The notes beneath the pieces are model-generated. The model was given only the letters and a program-made list of their open reading frames with translations, was not told where the DNA came from and did no database searches. Both the position numbers and the translations under genes were made by a program. Source: an uncultured Actinomycetes bacterium (GTDB taxonomy: Bacteria; Actinomycetota; Thermoleophilia; RBG-16-64-13). Taken from it: DNA of 64,000 nucleotides. Where the stretch lies: positions 1,056,001 to 1,120,000 of the forward strand of contig CAWJDT010000001.1 of the NCBI GenBank assembly GCA_963841735.1, written 5' to 3'. This document shows positions 9,637 to 20,600 of the stretch, one piece after another (within the stretch, counting starts at the first letter, position 1; each line of letters opens with the position of its first letter).

Positions 9637-10911
9637 ATGAAAGGTCGCCTCCGTTTGTCCGTGATGACTCCGGCCGGTCGCGGCTTCGCCATGCTCGCGG
9701 CGATGCAGATCTGCTACGGATTCTCCTACAGCGCCCACAACGGCGTTATGACCAACTTCTTTGAGGACGTCCTCCATTTCAGCGGACCCCAATTCGGTTA
9801 TATAACGGCCATCCGTGAAGTCGCCGGGCTTTTTCTTATCCTGCTGATGATGCTTCTCTACAGGGTTTCGATACCACGGCTGTCGTCCGGCGCCATGCTT
9901 CTCATGGGCGTCGGTTTTGGTCTGTACGGGATAGCCGGCGGGTTCGCAACGGTGGTTCCATGGATCCTTATCGGTAGCTTTGGGATGCACACCATACTGC
10001 AGACCCAGTACTCGTTAGGCATGAGCCTGACGACGCAGGAGAAGAGCGGCCGCGTGCTCGGACGCTTGGCGGCCTTTAACCAGGTGGGCACATTCGCCGG
10101 TTTGGTGGCCGTCTTTCTGATCTTCCATTTCGGCCTGCTCTCATACGAGTGGACCTTCATCATCATAGGGATAGTCGCCTTTTTCGGTGCCATCGCCATC
10201 TTGCGATTTCCGCATCTGCACGATGGCGAAGAGCGCAAGGTGGCGCCCAAGCGGGACCCGATCGTTTGGCGCAGAGACTATCGCTACTACTACTGGCTCA
10301 ACCTGCTGGACGGGGTGCGTCAGCAGATATTCTTCTCCTTCGGGGTCTGGGTCTTGGTGCATCGCTTCAAGCTCACCGTCTCGGATATCGCGCTTCTCCT
10401 GATGGCGGTCACGCTTGTGGCCATCCTGTCTTCGTCGTACCTGGGAGGGCTGATCGATCGTCTGGGTGAGCGGCGGGTACTTCAGGCCATAAACATCGGC
10501 TACATCGTTGCTCTGGGAGGTTACGCTCTGGCGAACGACGTCTACCTGGCCAGCGTCTTCTACGTCATCTACTCCTTCATTGTGCCGTTCTCCACCATCG
10601 CGGCATCCACTTATCTGCGCAAAATCGCGGTACCTGAGGAGATCGCCCCCAGTTTGGCTATGGGCGTGACCATCCTGCACGCGACGGCTGTGGTGGTGCC
10701 AGTGGCGGCGGGGATAGTGCTCAAGTATGTGGGCTACCAGACCCCGTTCTTCATCGCCTGCGGCGCGGCGTTGGTCACCGTCGTGGTCACGCACCGTCTG
10801 AACCCGGAGAAACAGCGGACCGCGGCTCGTGTAGCGCTGGACGAGGCCAAACTTGCTGAGAGCGCGGCGGCAGGACCGGCGGCGGTCGATACGGGGGTCA
10901 CGACTCCCTGA
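9637..10911 (+). CDS. MFS transporter
   Basis: About 12 TM; GGLIDRLGERR motif. Confidence 0.85.
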   Translation: MKGRLRLSVMTPAGRGFAMLAAMQICYGFSYSAHNGVMTNFFEDVLHFSGPQFGYITAIREVAGLFLILLMMLLYRVSIPRLSSGAMLLMGVGFGLYGIAGGFATVVPWILIGSFGMHTILQTQYSLGMSLTTQEKSGRVLGRLAAFNQVGTFAGLVAVFLIFHFGLLSYEWTFIIIGIVAFFGAIAILRFPHLHDGEERKVAPKRDPIVWRRDYRYYYWLNLLDGVRQQIFFSFGVWVLVHRFKLTVSDIALLLMAVTLVAILSSSYLGGLIDRLGERRVLQAINIGYIVALGGYALANDVYLASVFYVIYSFIVPFSTIAASTYLRKIAVPEEIAPSLAMGVTILHATAVVVPVAAGIVLKYVGYQTPFFIACGAALVTVVVTHRLNPEKQRTAARVALDEAKLAESAAAGPAAVDTGVTTP

Positions 10912-11010
10912 CGGTCAAAGACACGGGTCGTGTTAAGGTTGCCGGCCTGGGTCATATCTTCTCGATTCAGTGGGTACAAGGATACCGGCAGTCTTCTCAA
11001 GGAGATGGTC

Positions 11011-13158
11011 GTGGCCCGACTCGCCCGCTGGTGCTACCGGCATCGCATCATCGTGGTCGTCGCTTGGTTGGTGGCGCTGGTCTTGGTGTTCAGCCTGGAG
11101 CGCGCCTTCGGCGACTCCTTCTCCGACTCGCTTCGTTTGCCTGGGACCGAGTCCGCTCGTGCCTTCGAGCTGTTGAACTCGGCTCTTCCCCAGCAGGCCG
11201 GTGAGTCGGGGACGATCGTCTGGCACACGCCCACTGGTTCCGTGAACGACCCGGCGGCAAAAGCGCGCATGCAGTCCCTACTGGGAGAAGTCACGGCGCT
11301 GCAGGCGGTGGAGTCGGTGAGCAGCCCCTATGAGCCTGCCGGTGCCGGGCAGATCAGCGCCGACAGCAAGACTGCCTATGCCACGATCACGTACTCCGGA
11401 GATGCTGCGCCCTCTTCCGGCGAAGGCATTCGTGGCGTGATGGATCTCGTCGCCGGGGCGCGCACCCAGGGCCTGCAGGTAGAGCTTGGCGGCGATTCAG
11501 CTTCAAACGACACGTCGCTTTCGAGCAGCATCGCCATAGGCGTGATCGCCGCCGGGGCGATCATCTTGCTCGCCTTTGGCTCGCTCTTTGGCATGGCGCT
11601 GCCGCTGATCACCGCGGGCGTGGCGCTGGGTCTGACGTTCTTCTCAATCGGGCTTCTCTCTCACGCCGTCGCCATCAACTCGGTCGCTCCGACCATGGCC
11701 ATGATCGTCGGCCTGGGGGTGGGTATCGACTACGCGCTTTTCATCGTCACCAGATATCGTCAGGGACTCAAGAGCGGTAATCCCCCGGAAGAGGCGGCCG
11801 TGCGGGCGCTCAACACGTCTGGTCGCGCGGTGCTTTTCGCCGGCATGACGGTCTGCATCGCGCTGCTCGGCCTTCTGGTGCTCCGCGTGGATCTGCTCTC
11901 CGGTCTGGCCTATGCCTCAGTTCTCAACGTCGCGCTGACTGTGGCCACGGCGGTCACTCTCCTGCCAGCGCTGCTGGGCTTCATGGGCCCGCGCCTACTC
12001 AGCCGTCGCGAGCGTCGTCGTCTGGCCGAGAACGGGTCCCGAGAGGTGAGAGGCGGCGGTTTCTGGGAGCGCCTAGGGGGGTTCGTATCCCGCCGGCCCG
12101 CCATTCTCGCGGCGGCCGCAATGGTCGTCATGCTCGTGCTGGCCGGTCCCTTCCTGGCCTTGCGGCTCGGTCTGTCGGATGCCGGCAACGATCCCGCGTC
12201 CTCGACCACCCGCAGAGCCTACGACCTGTTGACGCAGGGATTCGGACCGGGCTTCAATGGACCCTTGCTCCTCGTGGCCCAGGTGGATTCTCCGGAAGCC
12301 GCCGCGGCACTCGAGAGGCTGACGGAGGAGTTGCGGGACTTGAGCGGCGTAGCCGCGGTCGCACCTGTGCCTTCGCAACCTGGGGCGGAGGTGGCGGTCG
12401 TCCAGGTTGTCCCCACCACCTCGCCTCAGGACGAGCGGACCAGCGATTTGATCGTGCATTTGCGCAACGAGGTGATCCCGGCGGCCGAGGGGAGCAGCGG
12501 CCTGCAGGTGTTCGTAGGCGGGGGCACGGCTTTCTTCGACGACTTTGCCGCCATCATCATGTCGAAGCTGCCGCTGTTCCTAGGTGTCATCGTCGGACTT
12601 GGGTTCGTGCTGCTGTTCGTCGCTTTCCGCAGCCTAGTGATTCCCGCCACGGCTGCCATCATGAACCTGCTGGCGGCCGCCGCAAGCATCGGAGTGGTGG
12701 TTGCGTTCTTCCAATGGGGCTGGGGGTCGGAGTTGCTGGGGTTGGGCCGGGCCGGGCCGGTAGAGGTCTTTCTGCCGGTGCTCATGTTGGCGGTCCTATT
12801 CGGCCTATCCATGGACTACCAGGTCTTCCTAGTCAGTCGTATGCACGAGGAGTGGGTCCATACCCGCGCCAACCGCCGCGCGGTGATTGCGGGTCAGGTG
12901 GCCACGGGGCGAGTCATCACTGCTGCCGCGGCCATCATGATCTGCGTCTTTGCGGCGTTCATCTTGGGAGGCCAGCGGGTCATCGCGGAGTTCGGGGTCG
13001 GGCTGGCCTCCGCGGTCTTCCTGGACGCCTTCGTACTGCGCACGTTCCTAGTGCCGGCCTTGATGCATCTCTTTGGCAAGGCCAACTGGTGGCTGCCCGG
13101 TCCGCTCGATCGTCATCTGCCTCACCTTGCCGTGGAACCACCGGAGGATGCGAAATAG
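11011..13158 (+). CDS. MMPL family transporter
   Basis: GLGVGIDYALF, TSGRAVLFAG, GFGPGFNGPL, LFGLSMDYQVF and NWWLP. Confidence 0.93.
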   Translation: MARLARWCYRHRIIVVVAWLVALVLVFSLERAFGDSFSDSLRLPGTESARAFELLNSALPQQAGESGTIVWHTPTGSVNDPAAKARMQSLLGEVTALQAVESVSSPYEPAGAGQISADSKTAYATITYSGDAAPSSGEGIRGVMDLVAGARTQGLQVELGGDSASNDTSLSSSIAIGVIAAGAIILLAFGSLFGMALPLITAGVALGLTFFSIGLLSHAVAINSVAPTMAMIVGLGVGIDYALFIVTRYRQGLKSGNPPEEAAVRALNTSGRAVLFAGMTVCIALLGLLVLRVDLLSGLAYASVLNVALTVATAVTLLPALLGFMGPRLLSRRERRRLAENGSREVRGGGFWERLGGFVSRRPAILAAAAMVVMLVLAGPFLALRLGLSDAGNDPASSTTRRAYDLLTQGFGPGFNGPLLLVAQVDSPEAAAALERLTEELRDLSGVAAVAPVPSQPGAEVAVVQVVPTTSPQDERTSDLIVHLRNEVIPAAEGSSGLQVFVGGGTAFFDDFAAIIMSKLPLFLGVIVGLGFVLLFVAFRSLVIPATAAIMNLLAAAASIGVVVAFFQWGWGSELLGLGRAGPVEVFLPVLMLAVLFGLSMDYQVFLVSRMHEEWVHTRANRRAVIAGQVATGRVITAAAAIMICVFAAFILGGQRVIAEFGVGLASAVFLDAFVLRTFLVPALMHLFGKANWWLPGPLDRHLPHLAVEPPEDAK

Positions 13159-13169
13159 GCTCAGGCGCC

Positions 13170-13634
13170 CTATTCCGCGCTCTCCGCCACTGTCGTCACC
13201 AGGCGTGTGAGCGACTCGATGAACCGTTGCCGGTCTTCGTCCAGAAAAGGCGAGGGTCCTGTTGTCCGCCCTCCCGCGCGCCGGTGTCGCTGCTCGGCGT
13301 GACGGATGGCCAACTCGGCGTCTATGGTGGCCAACAGGTATTGACGGCCTCGGGGGCTCAGAGGGCGGCACCCTCGGCCCAGGGCCATGGCTGCGAGTCC
13401 GGTGTCGTTTGTTACCACGATGTCCCCCGGTGTCAGCCGGGGCACCATGGCGAAGTCGGCGGAGTCTCGTCCCGAAGCTACCTGCAGGATCTCCACCCCG
13501 GCTCGGCCTGCATGGCGGCTGAGGTTCTGCGACTGGTTGGCGACCAAGACGACCTGCAGTGAGTGCGATCTCGCCACCGCTATGGCATCGCGTGTCACCG
13601 GGCAGGCATCCGCGTCGATGAAGACCGTGGTCAT
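13170..13634 (-). CDS. YaiI/YqxD (DUF188) family protein
   Basis: VFIDADACPV, DSADF and GDIVVTNDTGLA. Confidence 0.88.
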   Translation of the reverse strand: MTTVFIDADACPVTRDAIAVARSHSLQVVLVANQSQNLSRHAGRAGVEILQVASGRDSADFAMVPRLTPGDIVVTNDTGLAAMALGRGCRPLSPRGRQYLLATIDAELAIRHAEQRHRRAGGRTTGPSPFLDEDRQRFIESLTRLVTTVAESAE

Positions 13635-13768
13635 GCCATGTCGACGAATAGGGGGAGCGCCTCGGGTCCTTTCAGGCTGTAGCCGAGCGCTCGCACCTTT
13701 CCGGCCTCGGTGGGCAGAAGGAGCTCTTTGCCAAAGGGCATCGGGATGCGATAGAGATCGTTGTTCAC
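13631..13768 (-). pseudogene. 45-aa ORF, probable N-terminal remnant of an alpha/beta hydrolase
   Basis: GAGGTGA RBS; ends ...LPLFVDMA* with an ATGA overlap onto the yaiI-family start. Confidence 0.4.
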
Positions 13769-13911
13769 GGGAGTCACCTCGGTGGAGCTTGATAGCCAAC
13801 ACAATGGGCCAATCGGGGGACAATGTCCAGAGCGTCCCCGCGTAACTGTCACGTTACACTTAGATTCGAGGAGTCACGGCAATGCAACCTGGTGGAAAGG
13901 GGACTCGAGCG

Positions 13912-14196
13912 ATGACGTACGTGATCGTGCAGCACAAGATCGGCAAGTGGGCGGAGTTCGAGGCTATCTTCAAGAGCGATGAGGAACGGCGCAGGACGTT
14001 GGGTTCAAAGGGCGGAAAACTCTTTCGCGATAACGAAGATCCCCAGATGCTCTTCGTGGTCTTTGAATGGAGCGGCGCCGAAGGGGCGCAGAAGTTCGTC
14101 GACAGTCTGGAGACTCACGAGGCCATGAAGTGGGCCACCTCAGGGATCTGGTCTCGCGTGTACGTGGTGGATGAGGTGCTCGAAGTAGACGCTTGA
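13912..14196 (+). CDS. Small dimeric alpha/beta-barrel (ABM/cyclase-like) protein
   Basis: YVIVQHKI..WAEFEAIF...RRTLGS...LFRD.EDP pattern. Confidence 0.7.
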   Translation: MTYVIVQHKIGKWAEFEAIFKSDEERRRTLGSKGGKLFRDNEDPQMLFVVFEWSGAEGAQKFVDSLETHEAMKWATSGIWSRVYVVDEVLEVDA

Positions 14197-14239
14197 CCGC
14201 TTAGCCAGGGCGATCGCGGGCTTGGAAACGCGACGTCTG

Positions 14240-16915
14240 TTAGGCCACCGACTCAGACAGAGTGTCTGGTTTAGAGCAGTCGACGGCGGGCCTGTCGAGC
14301 AGGGCAAGGAACGTCTCAACGACCTCTGGGTCCAGCTGCGTGCCCGATACCCGGTTCAGTTCATCCCGGGCCTCGGCGGGGGTGAGGGCTTTGCGGTAAG
14401 ACCGGCCGGAGGTCATGGCCGAATAGGCGTCGGCCACAGCAAGGATGCGGCCCAATAGAGGGATGTCCTTGCCACTCAGACCGCGGGGGTATCCGTGCCC
14501 GTCGTAGCGTTCGTGGTGGCTGCCGATAGCGGCGAGCACGTCGAGCAGGTTGGGTATCTCTTTGATTATCAACTCTCCCAGGCCCACGTGCTGTTTGACG
14601 ATGTCGTATTCGTCGTCGCTTAGGCTGCCTGGCTTCCGCAGGATACGATCGGGTATGCCAATCTTGCCTACGTCATGGAGCAGGCCCGCGATGCGTAGAC
14701 ACCGCACTGTATCAGTAGGCAGGCCGAGCTCCGCCGCCAAAGCTACGGCCCGGTCGCTCACATCATCCGAATGTCTGCGGGTGTAGTGGTCCTTGCCGTC
14801 CACCGCCGTAACCAGCCCATCCAGAATGGTGAAGATGCCTGCCGAATCTCCGAGGCGCCCCTCCGTAGTGTCTCCAGAGGTGACGCAATTGCCGCCCTGT
14901 CCCTTTGAGAGGTACATGTTGGCGTCGGCAGCGGCCAGCAACTCACCCGCATGCCGGCCGTCGAAGGGGTAGGTGGCGACTCCATAGCTCATGCGCAAGG
15001 GGACCGCGGTCTGGTCATCCGGATGCCAGGCGAACTCGTCGAGTTTCTGCTTGACCCGCTCGATGGTCTTGAGCGCGTTGTGCGCATCCGTATCGGGCAA
15101 CAGGGCCAAGAACTCATCTCCGCCATATCGTCCCACGAAGTCGCCCCTACGTATGGCTCTCTCGAGAATCTTCGCCGTCTCCTGAAGCACCTGGTCTCCG
15201 CTCGTGTGACCATATGTGTCGTTGAATAGCTTGAAGTTGTCGAGGTCCATCATCACCGCAGCGAAGTGCCCGCCCGAACGCTCGCTTCTGGCCAGTTCCT
15301 TCTCGAGAAGGGCGTTGATGCCCCGGTGATTGAGGAGTTTCGTCACGGGATCGCGTTGGCTCAAGAACTTGGCCTCGTCATACAGACGGGCATTCTCCAG
15401 AGCCACGCCTATGAGAGCGGCGAGGCTATTGGCCAGCGCGAACTCCGCGTCGGTGAGCGGAGCGCGGCCCTTCTTCGTGCCAAGGCAGAGCACGGCCAGC
15501 GCTTCCCCCCTCAGGAGGACCGGCACGACTAGAACGTCGGAAAAGACGTCCTCGCCCGAATCGGCCTGCGCGAATACGCTCTGTGTCAGTTGCGCTGAAG
15601 TCCTACCGATCACAGCTCGCTCCACGTCGGGACATGTCGTTACGAGCCTCTTCAGCTGAGCGCGGTTTCTGCGGGTGAGGCCTTCGCTGCCCGTGACGTT
15701 ATAGGGCGGGGTCAAAGGAAGCGACACGATTATCCCGCCGTCGCGTCCGGTGGTCTGGCAGGCCATACGGATGCCGATCCTTCGGACTTCGGACGCTGTT
15801 AGGCAATGGCTGATGGCCACGGCCGCCTCGTTGAGCCTGGCCAAGTGCTCCTTCTCTGTAGCAAGGGCGCGTTCCCATAGCTTGCGATCGGTGATGTCGA
15901 GGGCGACGAAGATCGCGCCAAGATATCGCGCCGCCCGATCTTGCAGCAGCGAAACGGAGACGCTGACATCGATGGGGCTCCGAGCCAGTGGCTTCCACAG
16001 CGCCTCGTGTTGTCGAACGCCTTCCCCCTCGAGGCATCCATGTACAAGGTTTCGCCATTCCACGGGCGATGTGAAGATGTCATCCAGGGAGAGGTCCAGC
16101 AGTCTGGCCCTCGTGTATCCGAGGAGTTGGCTTGCCGCGTGATTGCTCATCTCCACCCCGCCGTCCATGCGGGTGACGAGCACCGCTCCCTGCATGGTGG
16201 CGAGTATCTGTTCGGCCGCGAAAGAGGGTGTCATGTACACGATACGGTGGCGTCTTTCGAGCAGGAAGATCACGCCGAGGAAAGCGAAGATGGCAACATA
16301 GCCGCACGGATAAACGGACATCCCGTATTTCGCGGGGAAGTCTACCGCGACCACCGAGATAGTCAGTAGGGCCAGAAGGGACATGCCGATGCGCCGATGG
16401 GAAGAGCTGCCCCTGGGCGCTTGGCGGAGCTTGGCCGAGAGCAGAACTACACCCGAGATTATCGTAGCGGCGCAGTAGCCTATGAACCAGAAGCCGGCGG
16501 CGCCATAGGTGGGGTAGTAGCCCCACCATTGCTGCTCGACGCCGGATATCAGTAGGTCTGTCTTGTTGGCCAGGCCCACGAAGGCAACAGCTACTGCCAG
16601 CGCGGCCCATACCAGGACCCTCAGGCGCTGGTATTGGCGGAGGGCCACCAAGACGTACAGGGAAAGTGTCGCCGGGAGCAGAGGCGCCCCCATGTAGGCC
16701 ACCTCAGTCCAAAACAGCGCGGTATGCGGGTTGGCGGAGCAGTAGCATAATGCCGAGGCACCTAGCCACACACAGATAGTGGCTGTGACGAGAACCAGCG
16801 CCCCGCCCACTGGCGACATCCGTTCGCGCCGCAGTACCAAGGCGCCGACCGCCAGGCTGCTCAGGGCCGTGAGTATGAGCGGCAGTGCGAACCAGTTAAG
16901 GGCGTAATTGCTCAT
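14240..16915 (-). CDS. Membrane sensor (7TM N-terminus, PAS, GAF) with GGDEF and HD-GYP domains
   Basis: DLDNFKLFNDTYGH, RRGD I-site, GGDEF, LLHDVGK and HHERYDGHGYP. Confidence 0.92.
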   Translation of the reverse strand: MSNYALNWFALPLILTALSSLAVGALVLRRERMSPVGGALVLVTATICVWLGASALCYCSANPHTALFWTEVAYMGAPLLPATLSLYVLVALRQYQRLRVLVWAALAVAVAFVGLANKTDLLISGVEQQWWGYYPTYGAAGFWFIGYCAATIISGVVLLSAKLRQAPRGSSSHRRIGMSLLALLTISVVAVDFPAKYGMSVYPCGYVAIFAFLGVIFLLERRHRIVYMTPSFAAEQILATMQGAVLVTRMDGGVEMSNHAASQLLGYTRARLLDLSLDDIFTSPVEWRNLVHGCLEGEGVRQHEALWKPLARSPIDVSVSVSLLQDRAARYLGAIFVALDITDRKLWERALATEKEHLARLNEAAVAISHCLTASEVRRIGIRMACQTTGRDGGIIVSLPLTPPYNVTGSEGLTRRNRAQLKRLVTTCPDVERAVIGRTSAQLTQSVFAQADSGEDVFSDVLVVPVLLRGEALAVLCLGTKKGRAPLTDAEFALANSLAALIGVALENARLYDEAKFLSQRDPVTKLLNHRGINALLEKELARSERSGGHFAAVMMDLDNFKLFNDTYGHTSGDQVLQETAKILERAIRRGDFVGRYGGDEFLALLPDTDAHNALKTIERVKQKLDEFAWHPDDQTAVPLRMSYGVATYPFDGRHAGELLAAADANMYLSKGQGGNCVTSGDTTEGRLGDSAGIFTILDGLVTAVDGKDHYTRRHSDDVSDRAVALAAELGLPTDTVRCLRIAGLLHDVGKIGIPDRILRKPGSLSDDEYDIVKQHVGLGELIIKEIPNLLDVLAAIGSHHERYDGHGYPRGLSGKDIPLLGRILAVADAYSAMTSGRSYRKALTPAEARDELNRVSGTQLDPEVVETFLALLDRPAVDCSKPDTLSESVA

Positions 16916-17012
16916 AACGCCGAGTTTATCGACGTATTTCCCGCTAAGCTTTAGACATGGAAACCGAGGCCACTTGACGCCGCGGCGCTTCTAGGCCTGG
17001 CTGGGCGCTCTC

Positions 17013-17657
17013 CTACCGCAGAGCTTCCTTTAGATTGGTGAGTATTCTGGTCCCGAGCAGGACGTTGAGCGGCGCATTCTTGGAAGAATCGTACGGATCG
17101 GCGTCGAAAGCGACGACTATGTAGTAGCCCTGGTAATACAAGTGCAGTTGCCCGGTGTCGGTGAACGAGAAGGCTTGCTCACCGAGGGCCACCGGGGTGA
17201 TCTCGCCTCTACTCAGCTCCTGCTCGAATTCGAAAGAGCTGAGTACGGTATTGCCTGATTGGATGGCCGCGCTGGACTTTAGGCTGTCCTGGCGGATCTC
17301 CACCAGGGCATGTATACCGGTGCCGTCAAGGTCGTACGCATATCTCTCGGATATCATGCCGCTCGCCGGATCCTCGTAGAGAGTACCAGGGTCGAGGGTC
17401 GTGGGATGTCCGCTGAGATCCGAAGCCTCATCGGCGGACAGAAGGTCGTGAGGGGCGAATACGGGCGAGTTCGCAGGTAGTGTCGTGGAGTCGGAGCCAG
17501 GCGGAAGAGATTCCGAAGTCTGGGGTGCGCCGATAGTCGGGGCAGTCGTGGTCGGCTCCGACAAGGACGTCGTGCCTCCCGACTGACATGCCACGGCGAG
17601 CGTCAGCACTGCGATCGACAGCAGCGCAGCAGTGGCAAGCGATACCACTCTCTTCAT
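17013..17657 (-). CDS. Putative lipoprotein
   Basis: GGAGG RBS; signal peptide with AVAC lipobox; Thr/Ser/Pro-rich linker. Confidence 0.75.
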   Translation of the reverse strand: MKRVVSLATAALLSIAVLTLAVACQSGGTTSLSEPTTTAPTIGAPQTSESLPPGSDSTTLPANSPVFAPHDLLSADEASDLSGHPTTLDPGTLYEDPASGMISERYAYDLDGTGIHALVEIRQDSLKSSAAIQSGNTVLSSFEFEQELSRGEITPVALGEQAFSFTDTGQLHLYYQGYYIVVAFDADPYDSSKNAPLNVLLGTRILTNLKEALR

Positions 17658-17692
17658 CCTCCACCAACCTCCTTCGGTGCGTTTGCTGGGCG

Positions 17693-20600
17693 TCATCGTG
17701 GCAGAGGCTCGCTCAAGTCTGCTGCCTCGAGGTGCGCGGTAGCCGGGCCCTGTGCCTCGTTTTCTTCACCGGCCAGCGACAGCCGCACCTGGGTCGTCAG
17801 CTCTTGCGCAGTGAAAGGCTTCTGAATGAAGTGTACCCCTTCCTCAAGTACGCCTTCGTGGGCGATGACGTCGCTCGTATAGCCCGACATGAACAGCCGC
17901 CCGATGCGTGGATACAGCGACAGCAGGTTCTTGGCTAGGTCCCGGCCGTTCATCTCGGGCATGACCACATCGGTGACAAGCAGATGCAGTTCGCCGCGGT
18001 GCTCCCGGGCCAAGCGGATGGCTTGGCCCGGACCGCTTGCCGCGACTACTGTGTAGCCCTGGCCCTCAAGCATCCTCGTAGCGAGTCTCAGGACCGCTGG
18101 CTCGTCTTCCACCAGCAGGACGGTCTCTCGGCCTCTGGCCATCGGCGCGGAGGCGCTCCTCTGCTCAAGCGGCTCGGCCGCGGCTACGTGCCGCGGCAGG
18201 TAAACAGTGAACGTCGATCCTTCACCCGGAGGGCTGTCGACCGTGATGAAGCCATTGTTCTGTTTGACGATGCCGTAGACGGTGGCCAGTCCCAGACCAG
18301 TGCCCTCGCCGACGGCCTTGGTGGTGAAGAACGGTTCGAACAGCCGGCCTATCGTTGTCTCGTCCATGCCACCGCCGTCGTCGTTCACGGCCAACTGCAC
18401 GTAGTCTCCTGGCACAGCGCCCAAGTGAGCAGTGCAATGGGCTGGATCCAACGCGCAGTTGAGCGTTGCGATGGTCACCATGCCCACGCCGGCTATGGCG
18501 TCCCGGGCGTTGACGCACAGATTGGTCAATATCTGTCCGACCTGGGAGGGGTCTACCTTCACGGCCCACAGGTCGGCTGCGGGTCGCCAGTCCAGGTGGA
18601 TGTTCTCGCCAATGAGGCGCTCCAGCATGTTGAGCATGCCGTCCACCGCCTCGTTCAGGTCGAGGACTTTGGGCGCGACCGTCTGCTTGCGTGCAAAGGC
18701 CAACAGCTGGCGGGTGAGATCGGCGGAACGCTCGGCTGCTTTGTGGATCTCGATGAGGTCGGCATAGAGCGGCTGGGCCGGGTCTGCTTGTCCGAGAGCC
18801 ATCTCGGCGTGTCCGAGGATGACCCCCAGCATGTTGTTGAAGTCATGGGCTACGCCGCCCGCCAGCCGGCCCACCGATTCCATCTTCTGGGCCTGCTGTA
18901 ACTGGGACTCCAAGGCCAGTTTCTCGGTAACGTCCTCGATCATCTCGACCGCTCCCGTGATCTTGCCCGTCTCATCGTGGATGGGCCAAGAAACGATGCG
19001 GCGATCGCGTGCGCCGGTCGACACATTCCCTGAGAAAGTCCTTTCGTGGACCAGGCCGTCCTGCAGCGTCTGGAGAGTCGGACAGCCGTCGCACGGCCCC
19101 TCGCGCGGCGGCACACTGAACACGCGGTAGCACAGCGGGTGTTGGCTCGTGTCGATCGTGGGAAACGACTCGTGCATCAGGGGGTTCAGCTCGAGGACCT
19201 CCAATTCGGGACTGAGTAGCGTAACGCCCACCCTTATGCTGTCCAGGATGGCGCGTACCTTCGCCTCGCTCTCCCGCAGCGCCTTCTCAGTCCGCTTGCG
19301 TTCGGTGATGTCGGCGATGATGGCGGCAAACTGGTTGGGCGCAGGTTGGAAGAGAGCCACATGAAAGTGGCTCTCTTCCGAATGAAGGTAGTCCTCGATC
19401 ACATGGGGCGTCCCGTTGAGAGCCACGTCGCCGCAGATGTTGATCCACTGCGGGTCGAGGTCGGGTTGCGTCTCCAGACCCGTGCGACCCACGATCTTCT
19501 CGGCCCTGGCGCCGTACAAGCGCTCGAACGCCGCATTGACAAGCAGATAGCGGTAGTCGATCGGGTTTCCTTGCTCGTCGCAGATGATTTCGTGCAAAGC
19601 GAACCCGTCCAACATCTCCCGGAACAGCATGCTGTACTTCGCCTCGACCTGCCGGCGTTCGGTGATGTCCTGATGAGTCCCTTTCAGAACCAGTACCTTC
19701 CCGGCGGCGTCGGTCTCGGACTTACCGGTGATGACAATGGTGCGCTCGGCCCCGTCGGGACGGCGGATGCGAAACTCCAGCTCGTAGGGAGTCCCGTGCT
19801 TCATGGCCTCTGTCGCCGCCCGCGAAACTCGCTCGTAGTCCTCCGGGTGGGTCCACTCGCTGACATTCGCCCGGGGGGCGCCCTGTTCCGGGTCCAGACC
19901 CCAAATGCGGAACATCTCCTCTGACCAGGTGAGTTGCTGCGTCACCAGGTCCAACGTGTAGTTGCCAATGTGAGCGAGTCCCTGAGCCTCCAGCAGATCG
20001 CGCTCACTTTGCCGCAGTGCCTCCTCGGTGCGTTTGAACTCGCTGATGTCGGTGGCGTAGATATGGACGCCGACGACGTTACCTTCGGAATCCAGCGAAC
20101 GGCTAGAGACGGCCGAAAACCAGCGCCGACCCTCGGGAACGTCCAAGCAGTATTCGTGAACTATGGAAGTCGGGGAAGCCGCCGTCTCGCGGATCCAGCT
20201 CAGATGCGCGCGGCCGGCTTCATCGCCAGAGATCTGGGAAATCAGCCTGCCCACGAAGTCCTCTGGAGAGCCGCCCCCAGCGTCGTTGAGCGCCCTTTCG
20301 TTCAAGAAGAGAAGACGACCGTCCAGATCCCAATACGTGACGCTCACGCCACCGTGCTCCAGGACCTCTCTCAGGCTTTTCTCGCTCTCCCGCAAAGACT
20401 CCTCAGTGCGTCTCCGCTCGGTGATATCCCGGAACGCCAGCAGCGAGCGGCGCGACCCGTCGGCGCTGACCAAGAATGAGGCACTGAATTCCACCGGGAA
20501 AGGTGTGCCGTCTTTGCGGACGAAGGCTACCTCTCCAATCGCTCTGCCGGTCCGGTCGCGTTCCGCAAGGCGGACGGCGGAGGAGCGGTCCAGCAAGACC

